Assembly: GCA_048013815.1 (NCBI GenBank)
Contig: CM106585.1
Location: 16,864,001-16,928,000 of the forward strand
Length of the DNA: 64,000 bases
Direction: 5' to 3'
Origin: Setoptus koraiensis
Lineage: Eukaryota; Animalia; Arthropoda
A program made the position numbers and the translations under genes. Below, in pieces: positions 10,743 to 22,530 of this stretch (the first letter of the stretch is position 1; each line of letters begins with the position of its first letter). A model generated the notes under the pieces. That model was given only the letters and a program-made list of their open reading frames with translations. It did not search any database and was not told the DNA's origin.

Positions 10743-13700
10743 TCAATGAATTGTATTGTTTGTGTTCAATCCACAGTTTTCATTCAAGAACTCATCAATC
10801 ACTTCTTCATCGTATAAATTCATTTGGTTTGGGATCTGATGATTATTGACATTACCATTAACACATTGCATCAGTGTCTGTGCTTGATTATTATTGTTCA
10901 TAGGAAGATGGGGTGCAACACCAATAGTTGCAATATCATGATGATTTACATGATGATTTACATGATGATATGATGATGTGACAACATTAGTTACCAAATT
11001 AGATGATGTTCCATTCTCCATGAGCGTGCCAGACTGTTGTTGATAATTGTGAATTGTCGTTGGTGGCGATGTATGATCACTCAATGAACTGACCGGTGGC
11101 ATTGGCGATATAACCATTGGGAAACTGTCTGGAGTGTAGGCGGCCAACGGGAAGTTTCGGTGTCCATAATCTGGTTGGAAAACATTTTGCACACTTGGAA
11201 TTTGTGGAACTGCAAAGTAGGATGACTCTCGAGTTAAGACTAAATTACTGGTGTCTTGCAAGTGGCGAGCAGGCTGCCGGTAGTGTTCAGTGGCACCCAA
11301 GTTTTGCTGAGTCGGACAAATGACCACATCGGTGTTGCCCTGTTGATATGGGGCCTCGGTGGTCTGAAGGCAGCAACTCGCATTGTTTACAGAAGAAAAC
11401 TGACCGTTGGGACAGCAAGACTGAGTCTCTTTTGGGTTTCCATATTGCAACTTTGTCTCCTCCTCAGGGCTTGCATCGATGCTGGTGGGCTCGTAACCGC
11501 TACAGAAGGCACTTGTCTGACTTGTTGGGTCCGTGGTTAAATGTGTCGACCACTCAGTGCTATGTTCAACAGCAGTGGTACCAGCAGCAAATGTTGTTCC
11601 AATTTTTTCCGTTTTAAGGCGTGATTTCTGATTCTGATGTTGGAAAATTGAGGGCAACCAACTAGCCGCGTTCTTTATACCATCTTTGATCCTATGTCTT
11701 AGAGGATTACGATGGGATATATGTGAAGCAACAGCTACTGAGGACCCGTGGTCACCAGAATGTCCAAACGGTTGAAGTTCAATCATCGAGCTAGGATCTT
11801 CAACACTACTCTCATTGCAAGCGGAGTCGTTGCTAAAACTATCTGGACGATTATCGAAGTTCCTTAAACCGTTCATTTGTTGCAATCGGTTGTTCATGGT
11901 ACAACAAGGTTGTGATTCTCTAATGTCGCCATAATCATGATGAGATGAGTTATTTTGAAAGTGATGGTTTTGGAGGGATTCGGTGGTTTTGTCAGGCTGG
12001 CCATGTTGACTCGATGAACCGGCTGATGGTATTGATGAAGGTGATGAAGAAGGTGACACATCATTGGATTGTTGCTTCGGTTGTTGATTCTGGAAACTCC
12101 AATCATTATTATTTGAGTTATCGTTGACAGAGTCTTTGTTGGCTTTGTGTTTCTTCATTGCATAAGCATCGGCACCATGGACAGTCTTGACATGCTTCCT
12201 CAGCGAACTTGGATCGGTGTAGCGTTTGGTGCAGACGATATTATTCTTCTTGTCTAGGACAACATGGCATACATATGGTTTTTCGTCTGAATGTGTGCGA
12301 TTTTGATGTTTTGCCCTATCAGAAGCATTGGTAAAAGATTTGTTACAGCCAGGATATTCACATTTGTAAGGTTTTTCACCTGTATGCGATCGCTTGTGAG
12401 TTTTGAGATTTTCAATTCTCGAATAGGCTTTGGTGCATCCAGCCAGATCACAAGTGTGCGGTTTGAAGCCAGTGTGGCGCCTCATGTGAACCTTGAGCAT
12501 ATAGAGTGCCTTGAAAGGTTTACCGCCTCTAGCACACTGGTCCCAGAGGCAGACAAATGTCTTCTTATAGGTTTCTTTAGTAGATTCTTCCACGTGCTCT
12601 TTGATGACATGTTCGTCTAAATTCTGAGATGAATCGAACGGTTGTTTGATTTGGCATTCGTGCCAACGGCAGCATTTGATTGCGCCAACTTCGCCACCGT
12701 CTGCCTCTTCTTCTTCGTCAAAATCACTGTTATTATCACACTGATTGTCTAAATCGGCATAGTTTCTGTCTGGATCAACATAAATGCGAGAGGCAGGATG
12801 ACGATCGTCAAAATATTGATCATTATTAACATTATCGCTTGTTGCATGATGGTTCCTCTGATCTCTTTGGTTGTGATGCTGTATGCTATTGTCGTCAATG
12901 AAGTGATTTGAGTAAGTAGTAGCAGTGGTCACTATTGGCCCTCTAGAGTGCTTACGTGACAAACTGTTTGTTTTGTTGATGTGATTCTCTTCCTTTAGGT
13001 GCAATTTACTATCTTGAACAACAAGTTGTTCGTGGGGTGGCTCATTGGCTAATGAAGAGGCAGAGATTCTCCTAGATGATGAAAACAAATTCTGTGAATT
13101 GTTGTTAATAAGCGATGATGACGATGATGATGACGACGATGACGATGATGTGACTGCTCGCGATGTGGATTGTGGGAACAATGAGCTAGGCAATGGCGGT
13201 TGTTGGAGTATAGATTGATTTTTTGTTACTTTAGGTGCTGAGGATCTATCACAATTGTTCGAGGTATTATTATTGTTGTTGTTGTTGTTGCTGGTGGTGC
13301 TGTTGTTATTGTCATTGTTCAATGAGGTTGCTGAAGATGACGATGCAGGTGGTGGCATTTTAGCGAATTGGTGCGCAAGTATTGCTTGATTCCATAAGGC
13401 ATATCGTTCGGATAAACTGATCTCTGGAAGTGCTGCAGGTGAGGGAAAGGCAAAATGTTGTAAATGGGCCAGGCTTTGCAGATGAGACAGCGATGCGGCC
13501 GACGTTAGTGTGGCCGCCTCTGCGGCAGCCTGTAACGGATTGGACGAGGCCACAGAGGCCGATCTGGCCGTCAGTAGGTGGCCTATAGAGCCACCGGCGG
13601 CGCTGGCACTTCTGTTGGCGTGATTGTTGTTGTTGTTGTTGTTGGTGCTGTTGTTGGTGTTGTGGTTGGACTGTTGTTGACTCGAATGCTGATGTGATAT

Positions 13701-14360
13701 ATTGAATGAACTTTGTGAGGATCTTATAATTGCATTAAGATCTAGACAGTTGTTGTTGATGTCTGCCGCGTACGGTGTGGGCAGCGTTCGTTGAGTGTTG
13801 CTGTTGTTGTTGTTGTTGTGGTGGTTGTGGTGGTTGGCGTTGCTGGTGCTGGTGCTGTTGTTGCTGTTGTTGTTGCTGTGGGGCGCCCCCATGAATGATG
13901 AGCTGAGATTTGAGGTGGCACCAGCTGAGGCGGCGGCCGCATATTGGGCAAGCAGCCGGTACTGGTAGGCGGCCATGTCTATGGCGGAGGCATTGAGCAT
14001 CAGATCGGCGGCCGAGTGGCCACTTGTTGACGGGCCGGGCGCCGTTGTTGATGCTGGTGGGGGCGCGCCCCACAGCAGGTCGTAGGGCGAAAAGCGGCTC
14101 GTCGGGGGCAACGGGCCGGGCGTTGGTGAGTTCATGTGAGTGTGAAACAGCGACGAATTTGCCGACGAGCTGGCCGTGGATGCCAGCGACGAGCTGGACG
14201 GATATCTATGATAATTGAGTTGGCTGTTGTTGTGCAAATTGTGATAATACGACAGATGATATAACATTAGATCACTTGTGGTTGGCGCGGTCAGGTTTCG
14301 CTGTCGGGCCGCCTGACCGGCCTGGCTGGTGGCGTTGGCCGCGTTGAAGGGATTGTTCAT
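10743..14360 (-). CDS. ci: Gli/Cubitus interruptus zinc-finger transcription factor, single 3.6-kb ORF (ATG 14360; upstream exons cannot be excluded)
   Basis: Five C2H2 fingers at ~12180-12680 with Gli signatures ([82 protein letters not shown]). Sufu-binding-like SIGHLL (canonical SYGHLS). Gli rather than Glis by the finger-2/3 sequence. Confidence 0.9.
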   Translation of the reverse strand: MNNPFNAANATSQAGQAARQRNLTAPTTSDLMLYHLSYYHNLHNNSQLNYHRYPSSSSLASTASSSANSSLFHTHMNSPTPGPLPPTSRFSPYDLLWGAPPPASTTAPGPSTSGHSAADLMLNASAIDMAAYQYRLLAQYAAAASAGATSNLSSSFMGAPHSNNNSNNSTSTSNANHHNHHNNNNNSNTQRTLPTPYAADINNNCLDLNAIIRSSQSSFNISHQHSSQQQSNHNTNNSTNNNNNNNHANRSASAAGGSIGHLLTARSASVASSNPLQAAAEAATLTSAASLSHLQSLAHLQHFAFPSPAALPEISLSERYALWNQAILAHQFAKMPPPASSSSATSLNNDNNNSTTSNNNNNNNNTSNNCDRSSAPKVTKNQSILQQPPLPSSLFPQSTSRAVTSSSSSSSSSSSSLINNNSQNLFSSSRRISASSLANEPPHEQLVVQDSKLHLKEENHINKTNSLSRKHSRGPIVTTATTYSNHFIDDNSIQHHNQRDQRNHHATSDNVNNDQYFDDRHPASRIYVDPDRNYADLDNQCDNNSDFDEEEEADGGEVGAIKCCRWHECQIKQPFDSSQNLDEHVIKEHVEESTKETYKKTFVCLWDQCARGGKPFKALYMLKVHMRRHTGFKPHTCDLAGCTKAYSRIENLKTHKRSHTGEKPYKCEYPGCNKSFTNASDRAKHQNRTHSDEKPYVCHVVLDKKNNIVCTKRYTDPSSLRKHVKTVHGADAYAMKKHKANKDSVNDNSNNNDWSFQNQQPKQQSNDVSPSSSPSSIPSAGSSSQHGQPDKTTESLQNHHFQNNSSHHDYGDIRESQPCCTMNNRLQQMNGLRNFDNRPDSFSNDSACNESSVEDPSSMIELQPFGHSGDHGSSVAVASHISHRNPLRHRIKDGIKNAASWLPSIFQHQNQKSRLKTEKIGTTFAAGTTAVEHSTEWSTHLTTDPTSQTSAFCSGYEPTSIDASPEEETKLQYGNPKETQSCCPNGQFSSVNNASCCLQTTEAPYQQGNTDVVICPTQQNLGATEHYRQPARHLQDTSNLVLTRESSYFAVPQIPSVQNVFQPDYGHRNFPLAAYTPDSFPMVISPMPPVSSLSDHTSPPTTIHNYQQQSGTLMENGTSSNLVTNVVTSSYHHVNHHVNHHDIATIGVAPHLPMNNNNQAQTLMQCVNGNVNNHQIPNQMNLYDEEVIDEFLNENCGLNTNNTIH

Positions 14361-17300
14361 GGTGCAATGGTGCAATGTTGGGGTGCTGCTGCTGTTGTCG
14401 GCGGTGCACTATAGAGCTGCTGTTGTTTGTCTATATTTGCAGATAGAATGCAGTTTGCTGTCGAACTATCAACATTGGAGCGAGAAAGAGAAATGAAGGC
14501 TCGTCGTCGCCGAACAATTCGCCGCTGTGTGTTCGCTGCGTTCGCTGTGTGTTCTCCCGAACAGTGTTCGCACAGCCTGTGTGTGTGCACCACTGCACCT
14601 AAACATGCGCCGAGCGCACACTTTCGCCCCCTCCCCCCTGCCGTCCCCGCCAGTGTGCAGTGTGTGTTCGACTGGAGCGCTGTGTGTGCGAGATGCCCCC
14701 ACACCGCCGCTGGAATGTCGCGCGGGGCACGGCCCACAGCGGCGGCCGTGCCCTGGCCGTACCCGCGCGCTCCACAGCGTGCGACGCGCGGGGCAGCGCG
14801 CCCGCCGCCGGCCGCAATACCGGGGGGCACGGCGCAGCGGTGGTGCCAGTGGCAACAGTATAGGAATGCGGCTTCTCAATCTCGTGTGCACTGCCAACAA
14901 AGAAGCAGCAACCCCCCTGGAAGATCTACGTGTGTGTGTGCGCTTGTGCGGCATTCGCCGTCCCACCGCCTCGTTCGGCGGCGTTCGCCGCGTTCGCTGG
15001 CGTTCGCTGAGTTCGCTGGCGTTCGCTGAGTTCGCTGGCGGCCAGTGTGTGTGTGCCAGCGCTCCGTGTGCCCTTGTGCGCGCTGTTATGGTGGCCGAGC
15101 CCTTGCGCCTGCCCGTCACCCGTCGCCCGTCGCCTGTTGCCTGTTCAACAGTTGAACTGTTCAACTGTTGAACAGTGCAACAGGCCTGTTGTGCGCCTGC
15201 AGCCTATACCGCCGCCGCTCGCACCGCTGTGGTGCGCCTGCACCGCGGCGCACACTGTGCGCCGTGCACCTCGCACTAAGCGCACGCAGCAGTTCACTTG
15301 TAGCCGCTACTGTTCTCATTGTGCAAAGTGCGCGCTAAACGATTCGAGCGCACCAATCAACTCTGGCACTTCTCGGCCGTCCGTCGGGCGGCTCGTCGAC
15401 GCTTCTTCCGAACAATCTTGGCCCGGTGCTTTGACACACACACGCACCATTCTTGTGCACCATTCAGGCAATTAGGTGTGCGCCCGAAATTAAGAGCGCA
15501 ACAAGTGGCACTCAATACCGGCCATCGGCTAATTACCGACAGCACAAATGACAAACTGCTGCCGCAGCAACTGTTGCGTGCTCGAGCCGCTTAATGCAGT
15601 GACAAATGGACGCAGTTGGAGCGCGCAATCGCATCAGGCGGCCAGAGCGTGCCGGTGGCCGCAGATCGTCTCTGACATTGTCAGGCTGACAAGATGTTCA
15701 TTAGTTTGCACCAGCGCGCCGATCGGATAATTAGATCAGTCGTGCGCAAGTGTCACAACTGTGCCACAAACAGCCTCGCTCACAAAACAGCCTCGCCACA
15801 CCGAGTTTGGGCGAACGGTCGGCGGCACATGCGCTGGCTCCCATTTGGTGGTGGTCACTCTCGAGGAGCGATTCTCTCCAACTGGCCATTGTGCGCGCCG
15901 TGGCTGTCAATTGAGAGCGGCCACTGGACTGCGGCGATCGGCTCCGGTGATCGGAGCGATCGAAGCCGTCGGAGCGTCGGAGCCGTCGGAGCCGCGGGAG
16001 CAGGCGAGCGAAAAGGAACAAAGGATAAGATGCCAGGCATGGCATGTGAGAACTGTCGCTGTTGTGCCGCGTGAGACAGTTATATTTTATGTTGGGTGGG
16101 ATCGCGAGCGCCGTCTCATTTAATAAGCGCCAGCGATTGGTGGGCACCAGTTTGTGTGTGTGTATGCGACGGCGCCCTCGCTTGCAGGTAGCGCTGATTT
16201 ACTTGTGGCCCGTCGTCGTTTGTGTACAATTATACTTTTTACTTTTGTGCTGCTTTGTGGCCTGTCACTGGGCACGATTGTGTCGTGGTCGTGGCCGCCG
16301 CCGTGGTCGCCGTTTTATTTGGCCATACACGCACACACACACACACTGACCATTAACTTTTCAATGAAAGCGCATTCACCGAACTGTATCTTCATGTCTC
16401 AATCTTTTTGTCTCTGGGCCTGCAGTCGCGGCCCGAGACTCCGCGGGCCCGTCCCACTGTGGCCAGCGCCGGCCGCACTGGCTCACTGGGCGCACCAATT
16501 GACTGGACAGCACAATAAACACACACACACACAAACAACGACTAAAACGGTTTCTCGTCGTCTCGACACTGGTCACTATCTCACTGGCGGCGCTGACGAG
16601 GCTGACGAGCCGCCGAAGCCGACGACGCTGACGACGCTGCTGACGACGCTGCTGACAAGGGACGGACAGCCAGAGGATGTGTGCGTTTGAACAAACGCAG
16701 TGCTATTGATATTATTATTATTGCTTTTGTTGTTATTGTTGCCATTAGTGGCGAGTATGCGCTGGCCGCTGGCCATCGTCGGCCATAGTTTCACACTTTG
16801 ACATTGGTGCACACTGTCGTGGTGCACACTGCGGACGCACCACGACGGTCGCATAGTGCGACTGACACAGAACGCGGCTATCCGCTTATACAGCTCACAT
16901 GCGCTGCATGCGTGCCTACATATCATGCGTATATATATCATGGTGCACACATACATCATAGAGTATAAATATCATGGTGCCGCTGCAAACAATGGCCTGC
17001 AGCACCAAGCGCACAAGAATGCTGCTGCCCACTCGGCACCAGTCGATCGGCCAGCTCACCCATGCAACGGCTTGCACCAGATGATGCTACAGTTGTTGTT
17101 GGCCGCCAGCGACTGACCACTAATATCCCGTGCGCTCGCATGTGCGCGCCCGAGTGCGCTCGGTGCACAAGCGCCGGTGCCTGTGGTGCAGCACCAACGG
17201 CGCTGTGTGTGTGTGCAAGTCGCGCAGTGCAACTTGCGCGCTGTGCGCGCCGACGCTGCAGCAGCACCAGCGGCAGCAGCATCGGCAGCAGACGAGATTG

Positions 17301-17689
17301 AGATGCATAAATTAGAACGATGAGCAGATACTGTTAGCAAGATGAAGACATCACCATCATCATCTTTTATCTTGCACCGTGTGTGTGTACGATGAATTAT
17401 GACCATTATCTCTCTATAATAAGAGAGCATCATCACGACCACAGCTAATAACAGCGTTCGCTGGCGTGGTGCATCGCCATGAGCGAGCTCCACTCGGTGC
17501 AGTCCGCTGGCGGTGCGCACGCTTTGGCCGCTGCACATTGCTACATTGCTGCACACTGGCCGCTGGCACTGGTGCGCTCGCATGGTGCACGCCCGGCAGC
17601 GCCACCAGCCATCTTGTGCGCTGCATCGCGTCATCTGTGTTGGTTATTGTTGGCTGCGTCGTGAGCATAGGCAGTGTATTTTGGGCCAA

Positions 17690-17865
17690 AAATCGGCCAG
17701 AGATTGGTGAGAGTTCGGGCCAAATTGGGCAGAGTTTGGTCAGAGCTCGGGCCAAATTGGGCAGAGTTTGGGCGAAATTGGGCGGAATTGGCGAAATTGG
17801 CGAAATTGGCGAAATTGGCGAAATTGGCCAAGTTGGCGAAATTGGCGAAATCGGCGAAAATTGGG
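17690..17865. repeat. Tandem array whose unit shrinks from 11 to 10 to 9 bp (AGAGTTTGGGC > GAAATTGGGC > GAAATTGGC)
   Basis: Read directly from 17700-17862. Confidence 0.9.
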
Positions 17866-18584
17866 CGTGCAGTGTGCGCGCACCGCGGGCACAGTGTGCA
17901 GCGCCGGACGCGCAAGCCGGGCCACTTGCACCTCGTGCGCGCCGAAACGCGCACCCATCAACGGGCGACATGGGCGCGTGTGAGTGCGCGCCCCCACAAG
18001 CTCCGCCGGGCTCCACAAGGCGCCACAAGGCTCCACAAGGCGCACACACGGGCGAGCGGTGCAGCCAGCGGACAACGAACACACGCAGGCCTGGTGCACA
18101 CGGTGCACGACTGTGCTGCCGGCGACGCGCACCGAGGCGGCCTGTGCGCCGCCGGCCGCACCAGCGGCCGGCGAAATGCGAGCGCAACCAAACTGATCAA
18201 TGGCCACCACAGTGACCACGCCACGGCGTAGTGACCACGGCTCATAATAAACACATATTATTTATTATACGTGGGCCATTACACATGAGCCGTTGATGAT
18301 CGACGACGGCCACGCGGAGTCCCGCGCGAGCGCATGAGCGGCCATTTAGGCTGTCGGGCCGTCGCTGCCGGGCCGGCTGCAGGGGGTTTCCAGTGCCAGT
18401 GTGCGGTGCGCGAGTGTGCGGGGGGAATTAAACGAGCGGAGAGAAAATTAATCGCCACAGCGCGTCCAATGGCAGCGTGGTGCACACTTGATCCCCCGAT
18501 AAGGCTGACAGACACATGACTGGCCATTGGTGGTGGTCAGTCGGTGCTGCCGACAGCGAGCGCGTCAAGTGTGGTGCACTGCAT

Positions 18585-18670
18585 CAGAGTGTGGCGCACT
18601 GCATCAGAGTGTGGCGCACTGCATCAGAGTGTGGCGCACTGCATCAGTCGGCGCACTGCATCAGAGTGTG
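18585..18670. repeat. 20-bp minisatellite (GCACTGCATCAGAGTGTGGC) x~4
   Basis: Direct repeats visible at 18577-18670. Confidence 0.85.
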
Positions 18671-19625
18671 GTGCGCTGCATCGGTTGGTGCACGGTGGTG
18701 CCGTGATTGAGACACACGCGCTTGCAACTCTCACAGACGACTGGCACTTGAGCTGGAATGTCTCTCTTTGATTTGTTGGTCACTCCAGTTGCATTTCGTT
18801 GCCAGCCACCGGCCACCGACTCACCTGCCGACCTGTGCACCAGATAAATATATCTGGTGTCACAGCTGATCGGCAGGGTGAATTGTTTTATGTCTCACTC
18901 ACGAGCGGCACCGTGCACCAACTGATGCGGCGGCCATATAACTTGCGTTATACGCATACAATCAAACGGCGCGGCAAGTGTAATGTCAGCATCGGACGCG
19001 GGCTGCGGTCATCGGCTCCGGCCGTGGGCCTGGCGCAACCAATCGGCGCCAGCTACCTGTTGCCTGTACCTGTTGCCTGTGCCTTTACCTGTTGCCTGTG
19101 CGGCGGCCAGTGGCCGGCCGCGGCACCGCGTCGGGCGAGCCGGCAACAGGTGAGCTGTTATTAGCTCGATGCAACCCTGTCACCGTGCCTTGTAGCTCAT
19201 CCGACGGCCATCAGGTGATCCGACAGCAACCAGGTGAGCCGACAGCAATCAGGTGAGCCGGCAATCAGCTGATTTGACGGCAATCAGGTGAGCTGACAAT
19301 CGGGCGGCAGGCGACAACTGGCCGTGCGATGCGATTGTTGATGCCCACTTTCATGCCTGACACACACAATTTATTACGCTTGCCATCGGCCGAGTCACTC
19401 ACCTGGCCGCTGCTGACGCTGCCGTTTGTTGCGCCTGTCGTGACTATTACACTAGATAATGACCAACTAATGATAATCGGCACACAAGCCGGTGATTTAT
19501 GCCCTCCAGTGTGTCTGTTGTGTTTGCTCGCCGATTTGATTGCGGCACAAGAGTGGCCAGTCGAGACACTTGTGGCCGACTTGTGGGGGAGGGTTCCGAG
19601 GTGACGCCAATTCCGCCGTGGGTCT

Positions 19626-19735
19626 GTCCGAACACGGTCCGAACACGGTTCGAACACGGTCCGAATGCGGTCTGAATGCAGTGCGAATGCAGTCCAAAGG
19701 CAGCACGAATGCAGTCGGAATACAGTCCGAATATA
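19626..19735. repeat. 11-bp drifting tandem array x10 (GTCCGAACACG > GTCCGAATATA)
   Basis: Ten consecutive 11-mers read from the sequence. Confidence 0.9.
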
Positions 19736-20079
19736 GCAATGGACAGAGTGTGTCTGGTGCATAGTCCAGTCTGAAGCATAGTGTCTCGGACACACACACT
19801 AATTTGCTCGTTATTGTTGACTATTATTTTGGCCTCACGATAGCAAGAACGCACTTGACCAATTGATTGCACCAATTGTAGATTATTTATGCGTTGTTTG
19901 CGTGTCACCTCCTACGTGTGCCATTTGCACACTCTGTTCGGCCCTATATCTTCAATTATCTCGTCTCTAATGACACCGTATGCACATAACACTCGGACTA
20001 TGCCCATCTATATACATCTCGGGTATATCGGTGCATCGGTATATGGTTTGTGGTGTGCTGGTGATGGCGCATATCTGCA

Positions 20080-20189
20080 GATATCTGGCGGATATCTGGC
20101 GGATATCTGGCGGATATCTGGCGGATATACACAGGCGCATATACACGGGCGTATATGCATAGGCGTATATACGCCGGCGTATAGACGCA
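20080..20189. repeat. (GATATCTGGCG)x4 followed by (GGCGTATAT....)14-mer x4
   Basis: 11-mers at 20080-20123; 14-mers at 20134-20189. Confidence 0.9.
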
Positions 20190-21694
20190 ATCAATTGTTG
20201 TTTCCACAACACAAGCAGGCTTGTTGGTCTTGTCATAACTTGTGACTCGTAAGCAATGGTAGATTTATCGCCGGCTAGCGGCAACCGGCCCGAACAACGG
20301 GTGCCCGTGGGTCAAAGCGGAGCTCGATAATAGCTTGCCGTGTTGGTTGAGCAAAATATTATTCAATGCATGGCCTGTTATTGAAACAACAACAACAACA
20401 ACAACAACAGCTAACATGTTCACAAATTGTTGCCCAATTGATGCAAATCAATCTATTCATGCCAGCCGGCAATTGGGGCATCGTTTCAATTTGTGCTTCT
20501 ATCTACTAATTGTAACAGTCGGCCAAAACAGTAATTTGTTTTCTTATATCGCCGTACTCGCTCCGTCCGCAGTTCTCTTTGGAATATACAAAGTTTGGAT
20601 ATTCATTCACATCTACGCATATTCGTTCGACATCTGACTGTGCCAGCGGACCGGCCGGCGATTTGAGCAACAATGATCATTATCATCACGCACTAACTAG
20701 GCAACACGGCAAGCAACAACAATGGTAATAACAATAATAACTCATCACTAATGATGATGGCCATCGGACGACGACCAACAAGACCATTTCGTCACTTATT
20801 CACTTAGTGGGCTCGCTTATTTCGGCCACTGGCCACTTGTTGGCTGGCAAGCGAGCAAAGTGACGGCGTATAAACTGTGTGTGTGTGTGTACTAACTGTG
20901 TCGGCGCTTGCGTATATCGGCGGTTATCGGCGTGCCGCCGTCATATTGGTGGTCAATCAACACCCCATCTATCTGCCCACTTTTATCACTTATTTAGCTC
21001 ACAAGCCACATTTAATAATTGTTGTTATGTAGTGCGGCAAACTGTGTGGCAACTGTGTCGCTTGCTTGCACTATTTAGATGCTTATTTTGGCCAGACTGC
21101 GTTTGGCTGTTGCGCAACTGGGCCTAGTTGCATCACACGGACAAGTGTAGGTGTGAGTGTCTTGTTGGCGGTGTGTGTGCCTCTAACAGGCGACTTGCGC
21201 TAACAAGTTGCCAACACATTAATCACCGATCGATTAACAGCCATGATGGCCATTGTGTCTGGCTGGCTGGCTGGCCGGCAAGCTTACAACTTGCGCCACT
21301 TGTGCCACCAAAATCGAGTCAATGCAGCGACATGCAAATATCTATCAAAACAGTGGGCTTGTAATCTCTCGTTAGACGCCACTAAATAGCGTTATGTCAT
21401 GACAGTGCGCACTGGGCACATAGGCAAAACATAGGCGAGACATGGCCAAACAGGTAAAGTCGTCGTTGCTGTTGTTGTTGTTGCTGTTGTTGCCGTTGTT
21501 GTTGTCGCTTTTGTTGCTGCTGTGAGCGCAGTGGGCAGGACGGGGCATCTCGGTTGCCATTAGCAACGGCACAAACATCATACTCGAATGCACACAAAGC
21601 TTGATACAAATTAAGAGAAGACGCTCGCCCGGCAACAGGAACACCTGTTGATAGGATCAACTTGTCGCAACTTTTGTTGTGTGTGTGTTCACAC

Positions 21695-21790
21695 ACTTGT
21701 TGGCGTTGTTGTCGCTGTTGTTGTTGCTGTTGCTGTTGTTGTTGCTGTTGTTGTTGCTGTTGTTGTTGCTGTTGGCAGCAACAGCAACGG
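21695..21790. repeat. Interrupted (GTT/GCT)n trinucleotide microsatellite
   Basis: Direct inspection. Confidence 0.9.
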
Positions 21791-21850
21791 ATAATAACAG
21801 CATACGAAGATGATGCAAAAAGAGCCACACAATGGACACACTGTGTGTGG

Positions 21851-21854
<4 letters not shown>

Positions 21855-21906
<52 letters not shown>
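21855..21906. repeat. (AC)26 microsatellite
   Basis: Perfect dinucleotide run. Confidence 0.97.
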
Positions 21907-21908
<2 letters not shown>

Positions 21909-22420
21909 GAGGCTTAAACGAGCTGATGGGAATGAATATTACATAATATAATATAAATATGTTTCAATTCGCTGCGTTCAGTCACGTTAGGCCGCGCGTT
22001 GTATTGTTGTTGTTGTTGTTGCAATGTTGCTGTTGAGCTGTCGCGGCTATCTCATAGGCGAGCTTATGTAATGTTGCTTATGTAATAATATAATACAATG
22101 TAATTGTGTGTTGCACAAAGTGAGAGTTGCAACCACTGGCAACGAGTGCCGCCATCGTCTTATGTGTGCTGTTGGCTCACACTTGTTGTTGTTGTCAGCG
22201 GCGATGCTTGTAATAAATATCTCAATTAGATTGCGAGTGCCCTCACATTATAGTCTCATCGTCTCACACAGACTGTGCACAGTCTTGCAGTCTCACAGTC
22301 TTGAGGTTGCGCAACCGAGCACGGCCGCACAGGCGAGTTTTGGCCATCTCTCGCCGACAGGCTCTCGGCCATCTTCTGGCCACTATGCAGCTATGGACAG
22401 TGTAAATTGAGCGCCTCATG

Positions 22421-22530
22421 ATTTTGCACGATTTCGCGCAGTTTCGCGTTATTTCGCGCAGTTTCGCGCAGTTTCGCGCAGTTTCGCGCAGTTTCGCGCA
22501 GTTTCGCGCAGTTTCGCGCAGTTTCGCACA
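22421..22530. repeat. 10-bp tandem array (GTTTCGCGCA) x11
   Basis: Eleven units, eight of which contain a perfect TTTCGCGC. Confidence 0.95.
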
